A stretch of DNA of 63,800 nucleotides, counting the filler, from Reticulomyxa filosa (taxonomy: Eukaryota; Protista; Foraminifera): NCBI GenBank assembly GCA_000512085.1. It is 23 parts of 23 records of this genome, joined end to end, with 100 filler letters (N's around TTAATTAATTAA, not from the genome) between each part and the next. Parts side by side here need not be neighbours in the genome. Positions count along the whole stretch, not along the records: positions 47,791 to 49,927 come from ASPP01037996.1; positions 50,028 to 52,226 come from ASPP01028818.1; positions 52,327 to 53,939 come from ASPP01000791.1; positions 54,040 to 58,876 come from ASPP01005937.1; positions 58,977 to 62,491 come from ASPP01025108.1; 18 more parts are not named here. One strand, 5' to 3'. Of this stretch, positions 49,450 through 61,714 are shown one piece after another. The translations under genes and the position numbers were made by a program. Under the pieces are notes generated by a model, which saw nothing but the letters and a program-made list of their open reading frames with translations, was not told where the DNA came from and ran no database searches. Every line of letters begins with the position of its first letter. The first letter of the stretch is position 1.

Positions 49450-50027
49450 AAATCAAAGGATTATCAATTCATTGAGAATTAACGAAAAATTTGCTTTCTC
49501 TTTATAGAACACAGCATTTGCAATTAAAATATCTATGAAATGCACAGACATGCGCAAATAAAAAAGAATATGATAAAACAATCGAATTTATGAAATATCA
49601 TTAATCAGCTACATTTTGTCCTTGCCGCGAATGTGCAAATCAAAAACTTGAGCATCAAATTGATTTATGATTAATATACTTAACTGTTCATTTGTCAACA
49701 AAAACCAACAAGATTTTTTTTATTTCGTTCCAAAAAAAAAACTACTTAAAAAAACTTTTTAGAGCCGACAAGAGTTTTGTATCTATTTGGTGTTTATGAA
49801 AAAATTGTTTTTAAATTCATGTTTACGTGGGTACACTAACGAATGGAAAATGAAATATTTTACTTGAACACGTAATATTCAATATAGTTCAAAAAAACAT
49901 TGACTTTTGTCTGATCGTAATTGAAATNNNNNNNNNNNNNNNNNNNNNNNNNNNNNNNNNNNNNNNNNNNNTTAATTAATTAANNNNNNNNNNNNNNNNN
50001 NNNNNNNNNNNNNNNNNNNNNNNNNNN

Positions 50028-50903
50028 TCTCTGTCTCTGTCTCTGTCTCTGTCTCTCTCTCGATCTCTGCTATCCCTTTCACGTTCTCTCTCTCTTTGTC
50101 TCTCTCTGTCTCGTTCTCTCTCCCTTTCCCTATCTCTTTCCTTCTCTCTCTCTCTTTGTCTTTCCCGTTCTCTCTCTTTTTCTTTTTCCTTTTCTCTTTC
50201 TCGTTCCTTCTCCCTTTCTCTCTCTTTTTCTCTTTCTTTTTCTCTCTCTTTCTCTCGTTCCCGTTCTCTTTCTTTTTCCCTCTCTTTCTCTCGTTCTCGT
50301 TCCCTTTCTTTTTCTTTTTCTTTTTCTTTTTCTTTTTCTTTTTCTCTTTCCCTTTCTTTTTCTCTCTCTCTCTCCCTTTCTCTTTCTCTTTCTCGTTCTC
50401 TTTCTCTTTCCCTTTCACGTTGTCTCTTTTTTTCAAACTCTTTAAAAATGGGTTCGTTGAACATTATCTCCTGTTCTCTCTGTCTCTTGTGTTGCTTCCT
50501 TCTCTTGTTCTCCTCGATCTCATTTTGCAGCATTTGTACCCCACTCGGCTTTTTCACAGTGTTACCACGACGGCCCGTGCCCACGTCATTCGCGTGTCCG
50601 TCCACGAGACCATGGCTGGCGTTGTGGTGGTACATCATACCATTGCTCCCCGCGCTTTGATAGTGATACGTGCTGTGGCTCATGTCACTGCCGTTTTCGT
50701 TTGTTACTTGCATTTGCATTTGCATTTGCATTGGCACTGCCATTGCCATTGCCATTGGCATTGATATTGGCATTGGCAGTTGCATTCCATTTTGATTTTG
50801 ACTTTGACTTTGACTTTGACTTTGGTTTTGAAGCGTTGTTGAGTTTAAAATTTGATTTACATTTTGGTTATTATTGTTATTGTTATTATTGTTATTATTA
50901 TTA

Positions 50904-50947
<44 letters not shown>

Positions 50948-51535
50948 GTGATTAGAATTCTGTTGATTTATATTCTGATTTGAACTTGAATTTGCATTTG
51001 CATTCGCATTTACATTTGCATTTGTGTTTACATTTGGGCTTTGACTTGGTAAAACCAGATTGCTACTAGTATTCATACCCATGCTTGTTGCCATTTGCTC
51101 CAATGAAAAATATGATCGCATTGCTGCAGTGTTTGGATTAATTGAAAATGCTATCGACTTCGAATACAAGTCTTTATTTGTATCAATGCTCTCCAAACTT
51201 GTCAGTCCTCCGTTTTTTTCCATACTGTGCTCTTGATCGTTCATTTCTCCACTCAATGGCTGCTGCAACTCACTCAGCGACGGCGCTACCATGTCCATTT
51301 CCACTTCTGTCGCGGGATAGTGCTCCATATTCGCACAACTCACTTCATACAACGAAGTATCAACATGTTGATCAATACTTTCGCTTACCAAAGGAACTGA
51401 AAATGACTGATTTGAAAAATCAATATCTTTATCTTTGTGGATAGATTCCATCGCTGCCATCATCGGAGGTTCAAAGGAATTTTCATTCGTTATTAATTTA
51501 ATTATTCGGAACAACTGTTCAATTTGAAGGTACAT
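50028..51535 (-). CDS. Low-complexity protein with poly-Asn, QS/MQ dipeptide runs and a long RE/KE repeat (partial)
   Basis: ~500-codon open frame; start uncertain. Confidence 0.65.
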
Positions 51536-51708
51536 ATGTTAGTTGAAGCACAAACACTCTTAAATTTAAACTATGTTTTAATTCCACTGATTACAACATG
51601 TTTTTCTGAATTTTTTTTTTTAATTAAATTTAAGTTGTTTTTTTTTGAATGATAAATAATATTATTTTATCAAAATTATAACTATTTCATCTACACACGT
51701 ACACACAT

Positions 51709-51782
51709 GTAGGAGAAGCTCCTACTATATAGAGAAAACCGTTAAAGGGGCTGATGAGCTCCCGGTGAGTTAAACTTTTCCT
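51709..51782 (+). ncRNA. Structured non-coding motif, copy B (hammerhead-like core)
   Basis: GTAGGAG-AAG-CTCCTAC...AAAGGGG-CTGATGA-GCTC-CCGGT-GAGT-TAAAC-TTT-TCCT. Confidence 0.5.
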
Positions 51783-53486
51783 AACACTTTTCACTCACTA
51801 GTGTTTTCTTTTCTCGTTTTAGTCTGGTGTTTCGGTGTACACATTTCCACACATTTGTTTTCCTTTTCTTATTTAATCTTTTTTCATTGATACTTGCTAA
51901 TTAACCTTTCGTACTACATTTAGTGTAATATTTCATCGGCAGCAATATATCTTTACTTTTCTTTCTTTATGTCTATTTCTTTTTCTCTTTCTCTTTCTCT
52001 GTCTTTGCCCTTCTATCACTATCTGTTTCTATCTACAGTAGAATGCAAAGTAAAGTTGACACCTAAAACGGCAACTTACAGAAATGATTGATTTTCTTCA
52101 TGAAAAAACAACATTCAGACCTAATTTTTTTTTAAATTTAAAAAAATATCTACAAATTGTGTACTTTTTAAATATCATTTTGAATTTAGTTTTTTATTAC
52201 ATCTTTACTAATTGTTTAAAAAATTTNNNNNNNNNNNNNNNNNNNNNNNNNNNNNNNNNNNNNNNNNNNNTTAATTAATTAANNNNNNNNNNNNNNNNNN
52301 NNNNNNNNNNNNNNNNNNNNNNNNNNTACTAAAATTTTTGTTAGAAACACAAAAAGTTCATATTTTAGTTGTGGATAATTTTTTTTTGTCAAAACTGTAC
52401 AATAGAGTAAAAGATAGTACTTTGGATCAAAATGCATGCATTAGCTTCAAAAAATATAAATACTTTATAAACGTAGTTTTGCTCATGTTATTTATTGCAA
52501 AAAATATCACTATTTGCTTCTCATTTGAGATAATAAAAAAAAATTGAACGAGTACACCAAGGGTATACAACGTGGAAAAAAAAAATATTAAATAAAACAT
52601 TCAAAGATTATGAATAAACATTGATTCCATTTGCTTAAATAACCTTGCGTTTATATCTTGCAAAATTACACTTGCTGAATCAATTTTTAACAATTCTCAA
52701 ATTAATATGCCATAACAAAATAAAAACTAAAGTTCAAATTTTTCTTCGTCGTCAAGTTTGGATTAAGAAACCCTGTGACGTACTTACATTTGTTACAACT
52801 TCACGAATTGCAAAAAAAAAACTTGTATCGCTTGTTCAACTCCTTTTTCTGTTTTTCGTTCTTTGTTTTACAATATTTGTCCTTTTTAATGCCAAAGAAA
52901 GTTAAATAAGCGTTGCGGCTATTATTTAAAGCACAAAGTCATTTCATAAAAAAAAATCTAAATGAATGTAAATTTATTCAATAAATTGTTTAGACATAAA
53001 TCTATGTAAATATACATGTTGACAATACACTTAAATACCTATCTACATCCGTTTCCAAATGTGACGGAAATTGCTACGATCAAGATAATATTACCATAGT
53101 TTCGTAATAAAACCTGTATCACACAAAATATATCAAAATAATAATTTATAACTAATATATTCGATTGCTCATTTCAAGAATAATAATTTTAAAAAATTTG
53201 TAAAAACTTTTTTTGTTGGAAAAATTATTTGAAACTCCTGACCACATGAAAACCCTCAAAGCTTTAACAACAAAAATTGTTTGAATGTAATTTACATGAT
53301 ATATAAAAAAATTTCTATGAGTAGATAATTGCACTGTTTTCGTGTTATATAAATAACTATTGACCTACGTATGCTATTTCTGGAAAGAAAGAAAACTAAT
53401 TTCTATTTGTAATTTCTAAGTCAAGTTTCTGGGTCTTCAAAATAAAAAAAAAAGGGCTTTGTTTTGAAGTTAACTTCATCATCGTC

Positions 53487-53939
53487 ATGCTTGAACAACT
53501 TCAACAAACGTTCCCCCAAATAAATGAAGAGATCATTTCAGATGCATTAAAATGGTTTAATCAGAATGTTGAAAAGACAAAGAATGTCTTGGCATGGCTA
53601 ACAGAAAACACGTAACTAGAAATCTCTATATTTTCTTTTTTTTTAAATAATAAACATCATAAATATGTTTTGTAATAGCACAAATTTACAACAACAACAT
53701 CATCTGCTGACTTTATTCAAGTATTTTGGCAATAAAATTGAAAAAACAACAATATCGCAAATATGGAACAATTACAATCAAATTTTTGTTGATACATACC
53801 ATAAATTACAAGAGATTTGTGCAACATCCAATTTGAATGAGTTAAATGCGTATGAAGTGTACATACATTACTATAAAATAAAAAAAAATGATTTTATAGA
53901 TTGAAAGAAGAAAATGAATTAAAAATAAATCGAGAAATG
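53487..53939 (+). CDS. Protein with N-terminal CUE-like domain (5' part)
   Basis: MLEQLQQTFPQINEEIISDALKWFNQNVEKTKNVL fits the CUE FP motif pattern; two short GT-AG introns. Confidence 0.6.
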
Positions 53940-54039
53940 NNNNNNNNNNNNNNNNNNNNNNNNNNNNNNNNNNNNNNNNNNNNTTAATTAATTAANNNNN
54001 NNNNNNNNNNNNNNNNNNNNNNNNNNNNNNNNNNNNNNN

Positions 54040-54379
54040 CTTTTCATCGATTTGGCACTTTCACTTTTTTCTTTTTCATCGTCATTATCATCATTGTCAT
54101 TATTTGCTCCTCTTCCTCCTCCTCCTACCCTTCCCCTCTTCACATCCAAGCCAAAGTCGGTCTCTGTCGCGTCTTCCAAGCTCTTGCGTTTTTCTCGTTT
54201 CAAAGTGTCTTTGGGCTCGAGCATCTCACTTTTGCTCCTTCGCAACATTTCAAAAGACGACAAAGAGGCGCTGGAGGACGACCGGGACCACCACTGATTG
54301 AATTTTTGGATATTGATGGGAGGTGGCAATTGAATGCTGGGTTCTGACTCCAGCATCGACGTGATCATTTTCTCCTCAG

Positions 54380-54410
<31 letters not shown>

Positions 54411-55802
54411 GCTATTTGAATGTTGATCATCAGAGGGATGCGAGAGATAATGATGTGCTCCGAGAGACAGCGCTTCCAATTGTTTAGTGACATTACCAGC
54501 ATTATCTTTGTCTTTTGTCTCACTGTCGGCCGTCATACCCATCGATTTGTGTAGAAACGCTGCTGATTTCATAGTGGCACCATCCTGGCCATTGGAAGTA
54601 ATGTGAGTCTCATTTTTGTTTTTTTCTTTTTCTTTTTCCTTTTCTTTCTTTTTCTTGTTTTCTTCACGTTCGCTGTCGGACGAATCCAACAAGGCATTGT
54701 CATCAATACTGTCGCTATTATCCTCCTCTATCACCTTTCGCGACAGCTTTTTCGAGCTGGCCATATTGGACTTGGTGTCCTCTTTTTTGGAACTTTGTGC
54801 AGAGGACGATGATTTCGTATTCGTATTCGTATTCGTGTTCGTGTTCGTGTTCGCAGCAGCTGTTGTTGCTGTTGTTGAAGACGTAGTAGTGTTAGAATGA
54901 GCAGCAGCATTGCTGCTGCTGCTGCTGCTCGACTTTGCCAATAAAGAGTGACTTGGATGATACGGCTGCTTCGTTCTCCAATCATACATTCCTTTCAAAA
55001 TGGGCTCCAGTTGGTGCAGCAACGCGTGCTTTCCCACCATCTCTTTCACAATCTGCGTGTATTGGTCTGGACACCTTTCGCACAGCAACCCGGCCTCTTG
55101 GTTCAACGGATCACTTCCATTCGGTGTACGTAGCAAAAATGGCATCAACGTTGTCATCATTTGGAACAACGTATAACATTCCTTCCAATCGTGATTCAAT
55201 GCATTAAAACAAACACTACCACTACCTAACGTGAGAGAGAGAGAAGGAGAAGGAGAAGGGAGGGGGGGGGGGGGGGGAATTCACACATACACATATACAA
55301 AACAAACAAAGACATGTTTTCTTCTTCCAATCTTCACTCTCTTCCCCCTCCTCCCCCCGTTTTTTTTTTTTTTTTTTTTTTTTGTAACCAAGTTCATTTC
55401 GGTTAGCCTTTTTACAAAAGTTTAAAACACAAAACATCATTACCCCAATCCACATTTGGATGGTAGATCTTATTCAAGATCCCGACCGATGGCGACTTGT
55501 ACGGATATTCGGGCCCAAAATGGATGCGGATCACATAGAACCCACCTTCGTATAAACTTTCCGTCGGACCCGGCATCACTACGCGTACAGTGTCAAATTC
55601 GTTGGCTTCTTCCAAGCATATCTTTTTTTGTTTGTTTGGCGGTTGCTTTTGACACACTTCACTAATAGTACAAACAACAAAAACATATTTTTCCTTTGCC
55701 TCCTTTCTTGTACTAAACATCATAGTTTGTATTTCTTTCCAATTCTTTCAATTCTTGCACGATACGCTTGACACGTGTAAACTTACTCTTTGTGGAGGTC
55801 AT
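54040..55802 (-). CDS. UBE2H/Ubc8-like ubiquitin-conjugating enzyme with a long C-terminal extension (3' cut)
   Basis: Three exons give KRIVQELKEL...GPTESLYEGG...[37 protein letters not shown]...LLRTPNGSDPLN. The catalytic Cys is present. Confidence 0.88.
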
Positions 55803-56297
55803 CTGTTCCCTATTTTCAAATAGCCAAAATTAAATTTTTCACCGCACAAAACAAAATAATACACATTTTCTCACTTTTTTTTGTAAGCTCTTGGAGAAAG
55901 AAGCTATATCACTTTGACGAATTATAATTTGAAAATTTTATTCTTTTTTCATTTTAAAAAAAAACCCTACAACAGCCAAAACTGTCTTTTTTTTGTTGCT
56001 TTTCTACAAATAACGATTTTGTAAAGGCTTCTTTTTTTTGAGTATATTCTTAAGCTAAAAACAAAAGTCAAAGCTCGGAAAAATAGCAAGGTTTGAATAA
56101 GATATCATTCAATGATTGTTACAAAAGCAATTTTAATAAGTTAAATGTTTTGAAGAAAAATAATTTTACAATGTCACTGCCTAAAATTGTTACTTCAAAT
56201 CTTATGAAATGCTATTTCGTCGTGTCTCCTGCTTCTGTTATTCCTTGTTAAGATTCGGAAAACGATAAACAAGAGTAATGAGATTTTTTCGAAAAAC

Positions 56298-58090
56298 TTA
56301 ATTTTTGTTTTTTTCTTGACCAGAAAGCTTATCTTGAAGAGTTGGAGATGCCAAAATTGGAACTAACTCATCAAATAAAAGATCAATGGTATTGTGGCGC
56401 TTAATCAAGTCGCAGCTTGCATCAACTTGCGTACAAGCATCTGAATTGGTTGTGGACGTCTTTGTGGGAGTGACAGTGTTTTGTGCCACTACTTCGTTTT
56501 CAACTAATGTTTGGTAATCTTTGGTCTTTAGGCACTTTCCTTGTTTACGTTTTTCTTTTTCAAGTGCAGATTTTTGTTCCAATATTTTTTTCTCCAACGT
56601 GTCAATGTATTGAGAGGATTTTTGAAGTTCATACTGCGCCTATTGTAAAAAATATTAAAACTAAAATTCGTTTTGTTTTTTTTTTGGCGCTAAAGTTTAT
56701 AAACAAATCTTACTTTTTTTTTTCTTCGACCATCCATTGTATTCTTCGAACAGCACCATTAAACTTAAGTTCCATCTCTCGTATCTGCTTAGTCAATTCT
56801 TGTATATACTTTTCTGTTTTTTGTTGATTCTCTGCATTTTTGTCTTTCAATTTTTGATTTTGACTTTGATATTCGAACAGCTCTTGTTGCATTTTTTGTA
56901 CTTGGCGTTTCAAAATTGTGTTGTTGGGGACAGCTTCATTTTTTTGCTGTTGTATTTAAATCCTTCTGGAGGCTCGGAATCTTTCAGCAGTGCTTCTTCT
57001 TTCAATTTGTCCCATAAAGCATTCTTTACACTATTGTTTTTAACGCCTTCTTCATTGTTGTTGTCACCATTTTCACGAATAATTTGTTTAACCAATTCGC
57101 GCATACGTTGAACAGAATTGGAAGCGCGATTTTTATCTCTTTGTGTTTGGCGCAACGCTTCAGAAGTGCTGCAGAAACGTTTATTTAGTTCTTCCTTCTC
57201 TTCTTTTAACGTTTGAATTGTTTTGTGCAACTTTTGATATTCTTTTCTTTTTTTTTTTATTAATTTGAACTTGAATTTAAATTTAAATGTATTTGTAGAA
57301 ATACAAAAAACGAGTTTGCAGCATACCTCGTTTCTAAGACTGAGTTAACTTCAATTTGCTGTTCTTTGTCTGCCCGTGACTCTAATTCTTGAAGTCGAGC
57401 CTCCAAAATTTTGACTTTAAGTTCCTGCAAAAGCATACAATCTGTTTACATTTGAAAAAAGGGACCCATTTTTTTTTAGTAAATATGTTTGCAAGCAAAC
57501 ATTAGCAATATTTTGATCGGATAAGGTCTCAAACATTTTCAAAGGATCTTGATTTTCTTTGTTTGGTTGTATATGTTGCAATTGTCTGGTAAGATTTCTT
57601 TGCATTTCCAGAAACTCTTGCTTTTGATTTTCGCATTTTTTCTCAGATTCATTCAGCAACTCTTCTAGTTTTGTTACTTTTTTTTCCAAGTATCGTACAT
57701 GCATATTTTGTAGATTGTCGAGAAGACTACCATTTTGTTGTCCTTTGGACGAATTGTCCTCACTTTCAACACTGTTAGTTTTGCTTTTAGCTTTGGTGTC
57801 TTGAGTCCGCTCGTCAATCTGTGTCGGCGTCTGTGTTTGTCCCTTTGTATACGAGGGAATTCGTTGGCTAATTTGTTTTTTCTTGAGTATCAAGTGCATA
57901 AAATCTTGCATAGAAATTCCAGAATTGGTCGATGTTTGCATTAAATTCATAAGGTCTTCCATTGACAAAGATTCAAGATAACTTAGATCATTGCTACGTT
58001 TTACGTTTGTCATTGATCGGTTGTTTGTGACGATTAACGCACTGTTCTCACCATCCAAAGAGAAAAAGGAATAAGGATTTATAGTAGCAT
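56298..58090 (-). CDS. Multi-exon coiled-coil protein
   Basis: Successive minus-strand ORFs with heptad E/K/Q/L pattern, separated by AT-rich introns. Confidence 0.65.
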
Positions 58091-58635
58091 TTTCAATTCA
58101 TATCTAATACTATGAGCAGTTTTTACTCAAAAACCTCGCATATGAAAATAGATACAAATTTTTTGTGTTGAAGATATTGTCGTACATTGAAAGAAACAAA
58201 TGCATACAATCTATCAATAAGAATGCAGAAAAGTAATCAACAAATTTTTTTTGGCCTCATCTCAACTACCTGACCGAACATCAATATGTTACATTAAAAA
58301 CAAAGCACTGGGAACCCAATTTGAGTGAGCCGTGCGAGCAGGGGAAAAAAAAAGCGAGCACTATACTTTAAAATTCACCAAAAGTACTTGTGAATTAGCC
58401 AAGGTAAATTTGCAATGCGATTGACAGTGAATGTGATAGATGAAGGAGGTGGAATTCACAAAAAAGGTTTAAGTGCAGAGAGTCATGAAAGTATAAGTGT
58501 TGTCAAAGTGAGTAAGAAATCAAAACACAACAAAAACAAAAAAAGCACAGCTCATACATGGTTCATTAAAAGCTGGTTCTTATAACAGTGTTTTCAAGAA
58601 GGCGTTCTTCGTTGTATGCGTGTGTGTGTATACAG

Positions 58636-58846
58636 GTAGCGTTGTTGCAATGGTTAGACAAAGTGGGTTTTTCGGCCTCGACGGACATGTCTTTATTTTT
58701 TCATCACCAAAGTGGGTATTTATTACCAGACACATTAACGGTTAAAGAGGCATGTGACGCAATCAGTAAAAAATGTTGGGCACCGTTGAGTGAAGATGAC
58801 ATTTTGGAGCTAACATTTGCACAATTGATCTTACCTGTTGGTACAG
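58636..58846 (+). CDS. Probable exon of an unknown gene
   Basis: CAG acceptor at ~58635, open frame, GT donor before poly-T. Confidence 0.35.
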
Positions 58847-60149
58847 GTATTTACTTTTTTTTTTTTTTTTTTTTTTNNNNNNNNNNNNNNNNNNNNNNNN
58901 NNNNNNNNNNNNNNNNNNNNTTAATTAATTAANNNNNNNNNNNNNNNNNNNNNNNNNNNNNNNNNNNNNNNNNNNNTTTTTTTTTTTCACAAGTTCCACT
59001 TGGATAGATAAAGTGAGTGCTAGTCTAAGTATAAAATTTTTTTTGCTCGAAAAGAAAAATCATCGCAGTTAAGTAAGGTTTTTTGGATTTGATTTTGTGA
59101 TATTGTGCTGAAAGACACCACAACCAATTATCAATCAGTATTTGTTTCGATACTATCGGGTTACACGCAATCTAATACATTTTTTTTTTTACTTTCTCAG
59201 CGCATAATAAAATTTTATTACGATTGCCAAATACCATTGGTGGACTGATTTCTGTCAATTTCTCTTAATATAAAAAAACAAAATATCCTAAAGCAAATAA
59301 TGTACTGTTAACTTGAAATATGTTTCGTTGTTTGATTGAAGGAAAAAATTTACTTATTTAATCTACTTCGAAAGCAAACAAATCAATTAACAATTCAAGT
59401 TTTTGTGCAAAATTGAAACCAAATATCAAAAAAGGTAAAAAGGTAACATTCAAACATAATATTATTTTTTGGTAAAGTATTCAAATGTTAAATGAAAATG
59501 ATTTTTTTTTTATTGAAAATGTGTCCAATATCAATCTTGTGTTGATCCAACAAAATATATTTTCGTGGATCCACATTTTGTAATGAACTATTTTTTTTTT
59601 TTGCTTATTGTTGACTACAATAACCATCATACGCAAAATAACATTAACAATAAAACGATAATATCTATTAACGCAATTACATACAAAAAATCTCTTGGTC
59701 ACAGTCACGCAACAAACATAAAAGCAAAAACTTCTATTAGATAAAATTTTCTAACCAGTTTTGGGGCATACACAAAAAAAAAAGTGTGATGAATGAAATT
59801 TTATAAAGGCTAAGGGAGCAGGGCAACAATAAGGTTTTTAACTACCTGAATGGTAGTTAAAAAATAATTGATTAGTTTTTCTTACTTGCCATTATCTTTG
59901 CTAATGAGCGGTTTCTGCGACCTGTACGGATTTGGCTGGTCTAGTTTCTGATCTTTTTTTTTCTTTAAAAAATGGTTTTACTGCGAGAATGCCTTTTTTA
60001 TTAAGGATAAACTGAAATATTTGGTAATTTTGAATTTTTCGATAAAAGTGTTTCAAAGGGTTTCTCATTTGAAACGTTTGACACATTTTTATTTTTTTTT
60101 ACAAGAGCAAATTACTCAAAATTCGAACAGAACGAGTGATTTTGCTACG

Positions 60150-61714
60150 TTACAGCTTAAAAGGTGACTGCCTCAGATTTTTCTTGGAGTATTTCCTGGC
60201 AACAAAAAAAGAGGAGGGAAGGGAAAAGGCAATGATGACCCAAAAATCACGCAATTTTTGTTTTGAATCAACTAAACTTTTTGTCTCCCCACACCAATGG
60301 CTCCATACGTTTCCAAGAACTATTTGAACATGGACAGAGAAGTGAGCCGGAAATGTAGAGGAAAAAACAAAGACAAAATAAAAAATAAAATTACCTCAAG
60401 TAAGGGAGTGTCACCTTTATCGAATATGACAGTCACACGTCCCCTTTCTTTTGGTGGACATCCTTTCAGCGAATTTTCCACAGAGCTAATGACGAACTGT
60501 TGTCTTTCCGACCCACTTGGAGAATTTTTAAATTGTTCTTCAATTGTTTCTTTACACTGTATTTTTTTTTTTTTTTTTACAATTCAAATGTGACAAAAAC
60601 ATATACATTACGTAAATAATAACAACAATATAAAAAAAAGAGGTTTGTCTCGCATTTGCCGAAAATGATTTTTGTAAATGTACATAATAAAATTGCAATA
60701 ATTCGATTTCAAGTTTTCAAAACTTTTAACAATTCCCTGCCTGAATTTTTCAAATCTGCCACACGTTTTTTTAAGCGCTCTGTTGTTTCTGTTTCCGCCA
60801 AATACAGTGCATTTTCAAGTTGTTTTCTTCGTGTTATCAAAGCGGTCATTGCTTTATTAAAAAGCTCTTCCAGTTTTTGTCGAATGTCTTCTGCTTGTTT
60901 TTTGACATCTATAATAGGTATATCCCATCCCCCGAAAAAAAAGAGTGCATATGAAAAGTGCGACACAAAAGTGAAGAAGAAGAGGATGATGACGACGACA
61001 AGAAAAAAAAAAAAAGAGTGTGCACTGTTACAAATAATAATAATAATAATAAATTATTTTGTATTTTTAAAATGTTCTTCGCTCATTGTTCCTAACTGAC
61101 TAAGTCATCACGTGACACTCGTAGTTGTTGTGTGTGTTCCTTGATTGTCGATACCAAGTCATTCAACGCTTGCTGTTCTTGTTTTGTTAATTCTTTCACT
61201 TTGCTATTCGTATGTACATTTTTTTTTTTGGTGAACTTTTTTAACAACGGGGGAAGGGGAGGGGGGGGGGAAAGAAAAAAAAGCCCCTTTTGAAATTTTT
61301 TTTTTTATTTAAAAAAGTTTGCCTTTCTTGTTGTGATAAAATCCCATTCATGTCAGCCTCCACACTGATGTCGATCCCGGTGATATCAATGGCATCTGTT
61401 GACACGTTCTTAGTGCTTTTTGTTGAAATGACGGGCTTGCTATTGTTGCTATTACTGTTTACTGTTTCTTCAGTGGACGGCTGGGTAGAATCGGAATTGG
61501 GCTGTGACAGATTTAATACGGCACGCATGAATTTCCTTCGGAATACCACTCCCATATTTATCCCTGAAGGTCCTGCTAGCTCCATAATTTCATTTTCGGT
61601 TTGTAACACTCTTAAATCATCCAATGTTTCTACACCACTCTCACACATCTTTTCATAAAATTGACCGAATTTGTTGCTTTCTAACCATTCCTTTAACGCT
61701 TGTGTTTGTGCCAT
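60150..61714 (-). CDS. SAM-domain protein with coiled-coil exons (3' end uncertain)
   Basis: LKEWLESNKFGQFYEKMCESGVETLDDLRVL...EL...INMGVVFRRKFMRAV is a SAM pattern. Confidence 0.75.

Noticed and set aside
49972-50764. Overlapping Lys/Arg-rich and Phe/Ser-rich ORFs
   Set aside because: Alternative frames of a purine-only RE/KE repeat that lacks stops by composition.
18710-55802. A ubiquitin-system gene cluster (E3, USP, TRAF-WD40, CUE, E2)
   Set aside because: The genes lie on different contigs; co-occurrence is a concatenation artefact.
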